Positions 47,440-56,781 of a stretch of 64,000 bases of DNA are shown here, one piece after another (position 1 is the stretch's first letter; each line of letters opens with the position of its first letter). The notes beneath the pieces are model-generated. The model had not been told where the DNA came from, ran no database searches, and saw nothing but the letters and a program-made list of their open reading frames with translations. Both the position numbers and the translations under genes were made by a program. Source of the DNA: an uncultured Gammaproteobacteria bacterium (GTDB taxonomy: Bacteria; Patescibacteriota; Patescibacteriia; VMEV01; CAYQCH01); assembly GCA_964503955.1 (NCBI GenBank), contig CAZDCG010000002.1, positions 13,047 through 77,046 on the forward strand. The letters are read 5' to 3'.

Positions 47440-47724
47440 ATGGAGGACCAATCAACCATTCTCAAAGAGTTACGCGAGCAAAGGCAGATGCTCATGGAGC
47501 TGAGCCAAGCCGTGAAAAAGATTGAACGAGCTTCAAGATGGGGATTTGTCATGAATATGCTTCGCTTGGTCATCATTTTGATCCCGCTCATCCTTGCCGT
47601 TTTATATCTGCCGCCTCTTGTGGAGCGGCTGCTTGAAACCATCAGCCCAGCTGAAATGACCGATCGTTTGCGGCTGCCGGCCGAAATTGATATCGACCGC
47701 TTGCGTGATTTGTTTGAAAGATAA
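47440..47724 (+). CDS. Small single-TM hypothetical protein
   Basis: Coiled coil, then IILIPLILAVLYLPP; tightly packed after nrdR. Confidence 0.75.
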   Translation: MEDQSTILKELREQRQMLMELSQAVKKIERASRWGFVMNMLRLVIILIPLILAVLYLPPLVERLLETISPAEMTDRLRLPAEIDIDRLRDLFER

Positions 47725-47790
47725 AGTCCAGCTTTTTGTATGAACAGGCGTCAATCCTCGTCTGACGCTTTTTAAACCATAATGTGCTTT

Positions 47791-49077
47791 ATGGAACAGC
47801 AACAAACTTCTGAAACGCAAATACAAAAAGAAGAGAGCATTAATGTTTCCACGCTCAAGGGGCTTGTGACCATTGTTCTGGTGCTCGGCATCATCGCCGG
47901 TGGAACGGCGGGGGCGCTTGTCTCTGTTGTCTTGCAAAAAGGCGAATTGCCCCGCGGCGTGGACAAAGATTTGTCTCTGAATAGGAGCCAGACCATGGTT
48001 GTGGAGGAATCGTCAATCGTGCAAACAGTTCAGAATGCGTCTGAATCGGTTGTCAGTATTATCGTGGAAAAGCCGGCCTCTCAGGCGACCGGCCCCATCA
48101 GTCCTTTTTTCGACTTGAGGATCCCGGGTTTTGACATTCTCCAGCCTGATGACCGGCGCGGAAGCGATGTTGATTCGCGTTCAAACCAGGAGGAATACGT
48201 TCAGGTCAGCGCAGGAACGGGCTTTGTCGTCTCGTCTAACGGGCATATCCTGACCAATAAGCATGTTGTTCAGGACAAAGAAGCGCGCTATACCATTATT
48301 ACGAAATCCGGCGACCGCCATGAGGTGGAAGTGCTTGGTGTTGATCCGGTAAACGACCTGGCTCTCATCAAGACGAAAAACCCAGCCGAGTTGCCACCGG
48401 CGCTTGAGCTTGGAAACTCAGACCAGATTCAAATCGGCCAGCAGGTGATTGCCATTGGCAACAGTCTGGGCGAATTCAGCCATACGGTGACAAGCGGGAT
48501 TATCAGCGGTATTGATCGGCGCGTCACGGCTGGGGACGGGCTTGGTTTCTCCGAGGTTTTAGAAAAGGTCATTCAAACCGATGCGGCGATCAATCCGGGC
48601 AATTCAGGAGGCCCCTTGCTGAATCTGGCCGGCCAGGTGATCGGGGTGAATACGGCAGTCAGCCAGCAGGGACAGTTGATCGGCTTTGCGATTCCAATCA
48701 ATGATGCGGTCAGGTTTATCGAACAGATCCAGGAACATGGAAAAGTCGTCCGCCCGTATATGGGGGTACGTTATGTCCTTATCGATGAGCGCATTAAAAA
48801 GGTGAATGGGTTGTCCGTCGGTTATGGTGCGCTCCTGCGACGGGGAGATGATCCAAGCGAGCTCGCTGTCATCCCGGGAAGTCCGGCCGATAAAGCAGGG
48901 CTTGAAGAAAATGATATTCTCCTTGAGGTTGACGGGCAGAAGGTGGGCGTTGATCAGAGCCTTGTGCGCATTCTAAGCCAATACGCGCCTGGAGATGCAG
49001 TGGAACTAACGGTCTTAAAAAATGGGGAGGAGCAGCGGGTGGCGCTGGTTTTGGGAGAGTTTGCTGATGAAGGGTAA
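47791..49077 (+). CDS. htrA: HtrA/DegP-like serine protease with PDZ domain
   Basis: LTNKHVV, DLALIK, DAAINPGNSGGP, PGSPADKAGL. Confidence 0.94.
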   Translation: MEQQQTSETQIQKEESINVSTLKGLVTIVLVLGIIAGGTAGALVSVVLQKGELPRGVDKDLSLNRSQTMVVEESSIVQTVQNASESVVSIIVEKPASQATGPISPFFDLRIPGFDILQPDDRRGSDVDSRSNQEEYVQVSAGTGFVVSSNGHILTNKHVVQDKEARYTIITKSGDRHEVEVLGVDPVNDLALIKTKNPAELPPALELGNSDQIQIGQQVIAIGNSLGEFSHTVTSGIISGIDRRVTAGDGLGFSEVLEKVIQTDAAINPGNSGGPLLNLAGQVIGVNTAVSQQGQLIGFAIPINDAVRFIEQIQEHGKVVRPYMGVRYVLIDERIKKVNGLSVGYGALLRRGDDPSELAVIPGSPADKAGLEENDILLEVDGQKVGVDQSLVRILSQYAPGDAVELTVLKNGEEQRVALVLGEFADEG

Positions 49078-49095
49078 AAGCCTCTCTTCTTCGAT

Positions 49096-49124
49096 CAAAA
49101 AAACCGCCTTTGGCGGTTTTTTTG
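49096..49124. terminator. Bidirectional intrinsic terminator
   Basis: CAAAAAAACCGCC-TTT-GGCGGTTTTTTTG. Confidence 0.92.
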
Positions 49125-49253
49125 TGGCCTCAATGAAGAGGTATCTCTTCGCTCAGGCCAGCGCCAGATCATACCCTTGCGAGTATATCCGGCGCGGGAA
49201 AGGCGGATCAGACGTGCTCTGATCCTTGTGGCGGTTATGCGCCGCCTTTCTTG

Positions 49254-50549
49254 CTAAAACTGGGCGGCTTCAGTGGATCCCGCGAGTGCGGTGGTCTTCA
49301 CTTCGCTGCCTTCGATCGTCTGGCGGATCTGGTCGTAGAGACCGGTCCCCACTTCCTGTTGATGCGCGGCGAACGTGTAGCCGAGCTCTCTCGCGAGGAA
49401 CTCCTCCTGCTGCAGTTCGCTGTACGCGGCCATGCCATGGTCGCGGTAGGCGCGTGCAAGCTTGAAGGAGTGATAGTTGTTGCTGTGGATTCCTGCGAGG
49501 GTCACGAACTGGAACACGTAGCCGTACTCGGCAAGTTGCGCCTGGAATGCGGCGATCTCGCCAAGATCCAGGTTGCGCCGCCAGTTGAAGGAAGGCGAGC
49601 AGTTGTACGCCAGGAGCTTGCCAGGGTGTTCAAGGAAGAACTCCTCGGCGAACTCGCGGGCGTAGCCGACATCGGGCGTGGAGGTCTCACACCAGATCAT
49701 GTCGGCGTACCTTCCATACGCCTTCGCGCGGGCGATGGCGGACTCGATCCCGTTCTGGACCTCGTAGAAACCGTTGGCATCGCGCCTGCCGGTGATGAAA
49801 GGCTGGTCACGGGGATCGATGTCGGACGTGAGCAAGGTCGCGGAGTCCGCGTCGGTTCGCGCCACAATGATGGTGGGCACGCGGTAACTGTCCGCAGCGA
49901 GCCGTGCTGCGACGAGATTCTTCTCGGCCATTCGGGTGGGGATCAGAACCTTCCCGCCCAAGTGGCCGCACTTCTTCTCACCGCCGAGCTGATCTTCGAA
50001 GTGGACGCCGGCTGCTCCAGCCTCGATCATCGCCTTCATCAGCTCAAACGCGTTCAGCGGGCTGCTTGGCGCGTCGCCGTCCGCCACCATGGGCAGGAGG
50101 AAATCGACGTAACCGTCGTCTCCAGGCAAGACACGTCTGGCCCACTGAATCTTGTCAGCCTGCTGCTGCGCCCGTGCGATCCGTCTGACAAGCGTCGGAA
50201 CGGTGTTGACGGGATACAGGGCAAGGTCCGGATACGTCGTCTCCGCCGTATTGGCGTCGGCCGCAGCCTGCCAGCCGGAGATGTAGAGCGCCTGCAAGCC
50301 CGCACGAGCGTATTGCTGCGCCTGCATGCCGGTGAGCGCTCCCAGCGTGTTCACGTAGCCGTTGCGGGCCTTGCCATGAAGCAGATCCCAGAGGCGTTCG
50401 GCCGCGTACCTGGCGTGCGGGTACTCCGGTAGGAGCGACCCGTACAGGTCAACGGCCTTGTCAGGCGCATATGGCCTGTGTACGTTCTTCCAGCGGCGAT
50501 TCTCCTTCCAGTCTTCGTTCAGAGACGCGGTCAACTTTCCCCGATCCAT
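49254..50549 (-). CDS. aceA: Isocitrate lyase
   Basis: YISGWQ, HFEDQ, KKCGHLGGKVL, ARTDA, WCET, LAYNCSPSFNW, FVTLAGIH. Start at MDRGK, preceded by AAAGGTAGG. Confidence 0.95.
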   Translation of the reverse strand: MDRGKLTASLNEDWKENRRWKNVHRPYAPDKAVDLYGSLLPEYPHARYAAERLWDLLHGKARNGYVNTLGALTGMQAQQYARAGLQALYISGWQAAADANTAETTYPDLALYPVNTVPTLVRRIARAQQQADKIQWARRVLPGDDGYVDFLLPMVADGDAPSSPLNAFELMKAMIEAGAAGVHFEDQLGGEKKCGHLGGKVLIPTRMAEKNLVAARLAADSYRVPTIIVARTDADSATLLTSDIDPRDQPFITGRRDANGFYEVQNGIESAIARAKAYGRYADMIWCETSTPDVGYAREFAEEFFLEHPGKLLAYNCSPSFNWRRNLDLGEIAAFQAQLAEYGYVFQFVTLAGIHSNNYHSFKLARAYRDHGMAAYSELQQEEFLARELGYTFAAHQQEVGTGLYDQIRQTIEGSEVKTTALAGSTEAAQF

Positions 50550-50670
50550 GGGCCTACCTTTCAGATTGGCCCCCCCAACAAGTGTTTCCCACATGACAAC
50601 TGAAGAAAGAACGCGCATCTCCGTTTGCTTTCACAATCAGAACCCTGCGATCACCTGGAGATGCTGAAAA

Positions 50671-50700
50671 AGCGTAACAGGAACATTGAATTCTTGTCAA
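50671..50700 (-). promoter_or_regulatory. Sigma70-type promoter of aceA
   Basis: TTGACA-18 bp-TACGCT. Confidence 0.55.
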
Positions 50701-50811
50701 TTGGTGACGATAGTGTTTGAAAGAGAAAGAAAGGCTAATGTCAGCAAAATTTGACGACAGTTTGCAAAAAGTGCCTATTCACCCAAAAAAACAATGTTTT
50801 TGCGATCTTGG

Positions 50812-50855
50812 GTCATGCCGGTCGCTCTACCCGTAAAGGGGAGCGACCGGCTGAC
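50812..50855. terminator. Long GC-rich hairpin downstream of the orphan gene
   Basis: GTCAtGCCGGTCGCTC...GAGCGACCGGCTGAC. Confidence 0.65.
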
Positions 50856-50887
50856 GTAGATCGGGCTCAACTCTGCAAAGCCTACGT

Positions 50888-51658
50888 CTAGCGCGAAAGA
50901 ACTTGCTCAAGCTTGCGGATGACCTCAATCAGAGGGTCGGGGCCTCCGAGTGTAAACGAAATGATCTGGCCGCAGGTGCGCCTGATGTGGTTACTGAACA
51001 CGCCATTTTCATCCATCTCCTCCCAATAGACGAGGCTGATGAAGCTTGCTAAGAGGCCTTCGCATCGCCAGGCCTGTTCTTGCCGGTCATCAGGCAGGGC
51101 TACCTCAAAGAGCTGATCCTCCCAGTCTCGTTGCCTGTCCAGAGTCTCCCCAGCAAAGCCCGTGATGCTTCGAGCACGGATAGCGCGGTACTGTTGGCGC
51201 AGTTGGTCAAAGCGGCGATGAATCTCCTCTTTGTCATTCAGCGACCTGAGAAGATCCTTTTGAGTAAACAATGTTTCAGCAACTTCCGGAGAGAAGCAGC
51301 ATGAGGCAATCCTCAGAAAGCAGAATGCTTCTATGGCGTGTATTTCCGGATGCGAAACCATGAACGGGAAATCTCCTTCACCGCATTGCACCAAGAGGGT
51401 GAATCGAAGAACGCTTCGGGGTTCCCAATCGGTAAAGGAAGAAAGGAGGTCTCTGACTCCGTTAATGGAGTCAACCTCAAGCGGTTCTCTACCGGTGGCG
51501 AGGATCGCGGGGCCGTAACCGCAATGGGCGGCAAGCTCCAGCATCTCGCGTGGGAGATCACCTACGCTGACGCGTTCAAGAAGGTAAGTGGCCTCATCTT
51601 GGGCCAAACCTGTTTCCTTCCACTTGCGCTCAAGCCTACGCAATCGAGAGTCCGTCAC
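50888..51658 (-). CDS. Orphan helical protein with N-terminal D.RLR.LER.W motif
   Basis: GTG start with GAGG upstream, own promoter TTGACA-17-TATTTT (51728-51756), and a downstream hairpin. Confidence 0.75.
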   Translation of the reverse strand: MTDSRLRRLERKWKETGLAQDEATYLLERVSVGDLPREMLELAAHCGYGPAILATGREPLEVDSINGVRDLLSSFTDWEPRSVLRFTLLVQCGEGDFPFMVSHPEIHAIEAFCFLRIASCCFSPEVAETLFTQKDLLRSLNDKEEIHRRFDQLRQQYRAIRARSITGFAGETLDRQRDWEDQLFEVALPDDRQEQAWRCEGLLASFISLVYWEEMDENGVFSNHIRRTCGQIISFTLGGPDPLIEVIRKLEQVLSR

Positions 51659-51804
51659 TTCTGCCTCGTAGAGTCCCGCAAGGAACAAGCATGGGAAAGA
51701 GCAAACGTTGATATCCACCAGCCCAAAAAAATAAAAGAAACTTGCCAAAATGTCAAGAAACACGTAAAAAAGAAAGTGGTTTGTGTACCAGATCCAAATC
51801 CCGC

Positions 51805-51894
51805 AACCCGTTAACGCGTAAACCCGTTAACTTTATTCGTAGACATTCGCCCGCCTGCCAAAGGCTCGTAGCAATGGCGGGCAGGTATTCGTAC
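51805..51894. repeat. Octamer tandem array plus REP-like palindrome upstream of prfB
   Basis: AACCCGTT AACGCGTA AACCCGTT AAC, then ATTCG repeats flanking CCGCCTGCCA...TGGCGGGCAGG. Confidence 0.6.
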
Positions 51895-51898
51895 CCTT

Positions 51899-53000
51899 AT
51901 GAAACACATCATCGCTAATCTCGATAACCTTGCTGGGCGGGTTGACGAGGCATGGAGGTTACTTTGACCTGGACTCGTCTTTAGCGAGAATCAAAGAACT
52001 TCTGTCTATTACAGCCGATCCGAATTTTTGGTCGAACCAGGAAAAAGCAACGGCCATCAATCAGGAACTCAGCGATTTGCAAAAAGAAGTCGATCTTTGG
52101 CAGGGAATCCGTTCAGAGATTCAGGATGCTTTAGATTTGGCCAATGTAGCTCAGTCGGAAGGAGATGAGTCGTTCCATGATGAGCTGATGAAGCGGACGG
52201 AGGAACTAACGGCCAAGTTTGAAAAAATGGAATTTCTCATGCTGTTTGATGGAGAATACGACAAGAGTAACGCTATCTTAGCCTTTCATGCCGGCTCGGG
52301 GGGAACGGAAGCACAAGATTGGACGGAAATGCTTTTTCGCATGATCAGCCGTTTTATCGAACAGCAGGAGTGGAAAGCCGAAATCCTTGATATGAATCGC
52401 GGCCAGGAAGCCGGCATCAAGAGCGCGATTATCCGCGTGCAGGGAAGATACGCCTATGGATATTTAAAATCCGAAAACGGTGTTCATCGGCTGGTACGCA
52501 TCTCTCCGTTTGACGCGGAGCAGATGCGCCATACGTCTTTTGCCATGATTGAGGTCATGCCCGAACTGGATGAAACCATCCATATCGAGATCGACCCGAA
52601 AGATTTGCGCATTGATACCTTTGCGGCCGGCGGCAAAGGCGGGCAGAAGGTGAATACGACGAATTCAGCCGTCCGCATCGTGCATTTGCCCACAAAAATT
52701 TCCGTCAGCTGCCAGAATGAACGTTCACAGGGGCAAAATAAAGAAACAGCCATGAAGATTCTGAAAGCCAAGCTTCACCAGCTTGAATTGCAGAAGCAGG
52801 CCGCGCAAAAAAAGGAGCTGCGGGGCGAGTATACCAGCGCTGAATGGGGCAGCCAGATCCGATCCTATGTTTTGCATCCGTATAAAATGGTTAAAGACCA
52901 TCGCACGTCGCACGAATCCAAGGAACCGGACCGAGTGCTCGACGGAGAATTGGGGCCGTTTATGGAAGCCTATTTGCGTTGGAGAAAAGAGGCAGCCTAG
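51899..53000 (+). CDS. prfB: Peptide chain release factor 2 with programmed +1 frameshift
   Basis: ATG 51899 gives MKHII...AWRLL, then GGAGG-tta-CTT TGA C (51954-51968). The +1 frame carries SPF and GGQ. Confidence 0.97.
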
Positions 53001-53059
53001 GCCTCTGGTTTCTTCGAATAAAGAACGGTATTCTTTGTTCAGGATTCATCAATCATTGT

Positions 53060-53974
53060 ATGAAGATTTTAGTGAGCGGGGGAGCAGGATTTATCGGATC
53101 GCATCTTACGCATTGTCTGCTGGACGAAGGGCATGAGGTGATTGTGCTTGATGACTTGAGTTCGGGGCAGAGACGCAATCTCGCCAAAGGCGTTCAGCTC
53201 ATCAAAATGGATATCGCTCATCCGCGTTTACGCAAAAAATTGCCGAAAACCATAGATATCATTTATCATCTTGCCGCGCAGATAGACGTACGAAAATCGG
53301 TTCATGATCCGGTTAAGGACGCGGCCATCAATGTGCTTGGCACCGTTCAGCTCCTTGAATACGCGAAAGAAGCCGCGGCAAAGCAGCTTATTTTTTCCTC
53401 AAGCGGAGGCGCTATTTACGGGGAAGCAGCCGTGTATCCCACGCCCGAAACGGCTCCTGAACAGCCGCTTTCACCGTATGGAACGGCAAAACTGAGCGCG
53501 GAGCAGTATGTCCATCTTTATGCGCGCTTGTACGGCCTTCATACAACGGTTCTGCGTTACGCGAATGTCTATGGTCCCGGACAAGCCGGCAGCAAAGAAT
53601 CCGGTGTCATCGCGATCTTTTCCGAGCGCGCGCGAAAGAATCTCCCTTTGACCGTTCACGGTGATGGCCGTCAAACCAGAGATTTCGTTTACGTTAAGGA
53701 TGTGGTTTTGGCAAACCTTGCCGCGCTCAGGCAGCAGGTTTCAGGTATTTTTAATATCGGCACGGGAGTGGAGACCTCGATCAATGAGCTGATTGATCTG
53801 CTGAAATCCCTCTCAGAATCCGAGCTGAACATTCGTTATGAACAAGCGAAACAAGGGGACTTGCCTCGCAGCGTGCTTGATTGTTCGCGCGCAGCCGATC
53901 GCTTGAACTGGAAAGCGAAAACCTCGCTGCCAGAGGGATTGCGTCTTACGTTTGCTGCTTTGAATGCCGAGTAA
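53060..53974 (+). CDS. NAD-dependent epimerase (UDP-glucose 4-epimerase-like)
   Basis: GGAGFIG, SSSGGAIYG, YGTAK, RYANVYGP, QTRDFVYV. Confidence 0.92.
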   Translation: MKILVSGGAGFIGSHLTHCLLDEGHEVIVLDDLSSGQRRNLAKGVQLIKMDIAHPRLRKKLPKTIDIIYHLAAQIDVRKSVHDPVKDAAINVLGTVQLLEYAKEAAAKQLIFSSSGGAIYGEAAVYPTPETAPEQPLSPYGTAKLSAEQYVHLYARLYGLHTTVLRYANVYGPGQAGSKESGVIAIFSERARKNLPLTVHGDGRQTRDFVYVKDVVLANLAALRQQVSGIFNIGTGVETSINELIDLLKSLSESELNIRYEQAKQGDLPRSVLDCSRAADRLNWKAKTSLPEGLRLTFAALNAE

Positions 53975-54024
53975 AATTTGCTATACTATCAACAGCCCAC
54001 ACCCTTGTTCAAGGGTGTTTTTAT

Positions 54025-55500
54025 ATGCCTACGCGCTGGCAATTGCCTCTGATCTGCTCGGCATTTCTCTGCGGCGTTATTTGCGCTGATCTCTTCAGCC
54101 TAAGCCGCACGGCTGTTCTTGCTGTAGGAATCTTTCTGATCATCGTGAGCGTTAAATCACGTTTTCAATCGCTCGCTCTTTTGTTTGTCGTAAGCTTTCT
54201 CTGTGGATGTACCGTTTTTAACTTCCTATACTCAAAAAAGGTTTCCCATTGGATTGATTCGGGAAAGCCGATCGAAATGCAAGGAAGAATCTATGCCAAG
54301 GAGAAATCCATCTCTGGTTACCGGTTAAAAATCATCAGCACGGAGCAGAAAGTTTACGCCTATACCAATTTCACCACGGCCAATGCCGGAGATCTTGTTC
54401 ATGTCGCATGCGTACAGCAAATGCCGGAGGAGCGCAGATACCTTCTCTACCTTCTTTCCCAGGGGATGTCTGGTATTTGCTATGACGCGCGGATCAGCCC
54501 GGTGGCGGATGAATTGGAATTTCGCCAGGCCCCATTCTTATTTATCCGGCTGGCTATTTCGCATCGCATTAAGCAGCTCTGGAGCAATCCGGTAAGCGCG
54601 CTTGTTGCCGGGTTGCTTCTGGGAACAAGGGAGGATTTTCCTCAGCGAGTGCTTGATGATTTCCGCAAAGCTGGCGTAACGCATATCATCGCTCTTTCCG
54701 GTTTTAATATCAGCATTCTCATCGTCTTTTTCGAGCTGATTCTCGTGCATTTGCTCGTGCCAAAACGCGCGAGGCTGCCGGTGATTCTGATCGGCATAAC
54801 GCTCTTTACGATTTTCGTGGGCGCGGCCGCGTCGATCACCAGAGCCGCTTTCATGGGCTCGATTGCTTTGACCGGGAAATACGTGGCCCGCCAGGTTTCC
54901 GTTCTGCGGATAGGCCTTTTGACCGCGGCGGTAATGGTATTCTTCAATCCTTTGATCCTCTTGTATGATCTTGGCTTTCAGCTTTCTTTTCTGGCGACCA
55001 TCGGACTTGTTTCAACGGCGGAGTGGTTCGATGAGAAACTGGCCATCCTGCCTAATATTTTTGAGCTGCGTACTTCGCTTGCAACAACGCTCGCAGCTTC
55101 ACTGCCGACAACGCCCTTGCTTATTTGGCAATTCGAAGCGCTCTCAATTATTTCTCCGGCCGCCAATGTGCTTGTCTTGCCCTTCATTCCATTGATTATG
55201 GCGGCCGGAGCCTGCGTGGTTGGTGTCTCTTTTTTCTCTCCTGAACTGGCCGGTCTTTTTGTCATCCCCGTGGCGCAGATGAGCCGGTTTGTTTTAAGCA
55301 TCAGCTCATTTTCCGCATCTTTTCCTTGGGCATACAGTGAAATTTCACAAGGTCGAACACTGTTATGCGCGGGCAGCATCGTGCTCTTTATCGCGATTCT
55401 CTATGACAAATACCGTCAAAATCGTCCTCTGCATTCTGATCGTGGCCTGGATAGCGGCAATGCGTCCGCCCGCACATCCCGTTTCCATGCATCTGCTTGA
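54025..55500 (+). CDS. comEC: ComEC competence membrane domain
   Basis: AGVTHIIALSGFN, SITRAAFMG, GFQLSFLAT, ANVLVLP. Confidence 0.93.
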   Translation: MPTRWQLPLICSAFLCGVICADLFSLSRTAVLAVGIFLIIVSVKSRFQSLALLFVVSFLCGCTVFNFLYSKKVSHWIDSGKPIEMQGRIYAKEKSISGYRLKIISTEQKVYAYTNFTTANAGDLVHVACVQQMPEERRYLLYLLSQGMSGICYDARISPVADELEFRQAPFLFIRLAISHRIKQLWSNPVSALVAGLLLGTREDFPQRVLDDFRKAGVTHIIALSGFNISILIVFFELILVHLLVPKRARLPVILIGITLFTIFVGAAASITRAAFMGSIALTGKYVARQVSVLRIGLLTAAVMVFFNPLILLYDLGFQLSFLATIGLVSTAEWFDEKLAILPNIFELRTSLATTLAASLPTTPLLIWQFEALSIISPAANVLVLPFIPLIMAAGACVVGVSFFSPELAGLFVIPVAQMSRFVLSISSFSASFPWAYSEISQGRTLLCAGSIVLFIAILYDKYRQNRPLHSDRGLDSGNASARTSRFHASA

Positions 55501-56296
55501 TGTCGGCCAGGGTGACAGTATTCTCCTGCAATTTGCAAACAATCATCAGATGCTCATAGACGGCGGTCCTGACGATGCCGTGATCAATGAGCTAAGAACC
55601 GTGATGCCGCCGGGAGATGACCAGATCGAGTGGGTGGTGCTTTCCCACGCGGACAAGGATCATTTAGGCGGGTTGCTGGTCGTGCTTGAAGCCTACCAGG
55701 TACAAAACGTATTTTTGAATGATCTTTCCGCTTCTTCAAGGCTTCAGGAAAATTGGCTCTCACTGCTGCAGGCGGAAGGAGCGCGTGTCATTGAGGTGAA
55801 AGAAAGGCAGGGCGTTGCCATTGCTGGAGGGGAAGGACTCTTTTTGCCCCCCTTAAAATCTCGCGACAGAAATAATGACTCGCTTGTGCTGCGCCTGGAA
55901 CTTGAAGGGATTACCTTGCTCTTTACGGGAGATATTGAGACGGAGCGCGAGGCCGAGCTGCTGGACTGCTGCGCGGAACTGCTGGCGGCTGATATCCTTA
56001 AAGTCGGACATCATGGAAGCAGGACTTCGACCACGCAGGGATTCCTTCAGGCGGTCGATCCTGAAATTGCTTTGATTCAAGCGGGGAAAGGGAACAGTTA
56101 CGGACATCCGCATGCAAGCGTTCTGCGCAGGCTTGAGCGCGCGCAAGTCCGCATCTTCCGCACGGATGAGCAGGGGAGAATGGAATTTGGCCTCAGCCAA
56201 GGAATGCTCTATAAAGCGGAGCCTTTTTTTGAGCAATTTGGGCTGAGATTTGGAAAAAAATGGCTGCGCGTGTATAATTCTTTGCACAAGAACTAA
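55403..56296 (+). CDS. ComEC-associated metallo-beta-lactamase-fold nuclease (separate ORF)
   Basis: LDVGQGDS, SHADKDHLGG, LFTGD, KVGHHGS, NSYGHP, RTDEQG. Confidence 0.92.
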   Translation: MTNTVKIVLCILIVAWIAAMRPPAHPVSMHLLDVGQGDSILLQFANNHQMLIDGGPDDAVINELRTVMPPGDDQIEWVVLSHADKDHLGGLLVVLEAYQVQNVFLNDLSASSRLQENWLSLLQAEGARVIEVKERQGVAIAGGEGLFLPPLKSRDRNNDSLVLRLELEGITLLFTGDIETEREAELLDCCAELLAADILKVGHHGSRTSTTQGFLQAVDPEIALIQAGKGNSYGHPHASVLRRLERAQVRIFRTDEQGRMEFGLSQGMLYKAEPFFEQFGLRFGKKWLRVYNSLHKN

Positions 56297-56309
56297 TCAT
56301 TTTCCATGT

Positions 56310-56684
56310 ATGGCAGAAGGTAAAATCAAGGTGCTACTGGTCGAAGATGACAAGATGATCATCGACATGTACACCCTAAAATTCAGTCAGGAGGGATTTG
56401 ACGTCGTTCAGGCTGAAAACGGCAAAGACGCGTTGGAGCTTGCAAAGAGCCAAAAATTCGACATCATTTTGCTTGATATCATTCTCCCTCACATGGACGG
56501 CTTTACCATCCTGAAGGAATTGAAATCAGACGAAGGCACCAAAAATGTTCCCGTCGTTTTGTTGACAAATCTCGGTCAAGACGGCGACGTGAAGAAAGGG
56601 ATGGAACTTGGTGCGACCGACTACCTGATCAAGGCGAATTTCACGCCTTCACAGGTCGTTGACAAGGTTAAATCCATCATTTAA
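56310..56684 (+). CDS. Single-domain response regulator
   Basis: LLVEDD, LLDIILP.MDG, LLTN, YLIK. Confidence 0.95.
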   Translation: MAEGKIKVLLVEDDKMIIDMYTLKFSQEGFDVVQAENGKDALELAKSQKFDIILLDIILPHMDGFTILKELKSDEGTKNVPVVLLTNLGQDGDVKKGMELGATDYLIKANFTPSQVVDKVKSII

Positions 56685-56686
56685 CT

Positions 56687-56754
56687 TTGCAGATACACAG
56701 GGCGACGCGGACAGGTGAAAGCCTGTCCTTTCGTTTCTCTGGCCTTATCTGCAA
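56687..56754. other. Long interrupted stem-loop between the response regulator and ndk
   Basis: TTGCAGATA...GGACAGG-TGAAAG-CCTGTCC...TATCTGCAA. Confidence 0.6.
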
Positions 56755-56781
56755 CTCTCATTGATTCATAACCGTACAATT

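Noticed and set aside
49251-50432. 393-aa plus-strand ORF
   Set aside because: It is the antisense shadow of the GC-rich aceA gene, in codon register with it, and has no motifs.
50554-50634. Possible short upstream ORF in the aceA leader
   Set aside because: A GTG-initiated ~26-codon frame exists, but the SD spacing is poor and nothing else supports it.
51962-51968. In-frame TGA in prfB as a pseudogene or alternative genetic code
   Set aside because: It is the canonical programmed frameshift site. TGA ends many genes here, so code 25 is not used.
55403-55500. ComEC/MBL 98-nt overlap as a frameshifted pseudogene
   Set aside because: The second ORF has its own tATG and N-terminal TM helix, both halves keep their motifs, and split ComEC is common in CPR.
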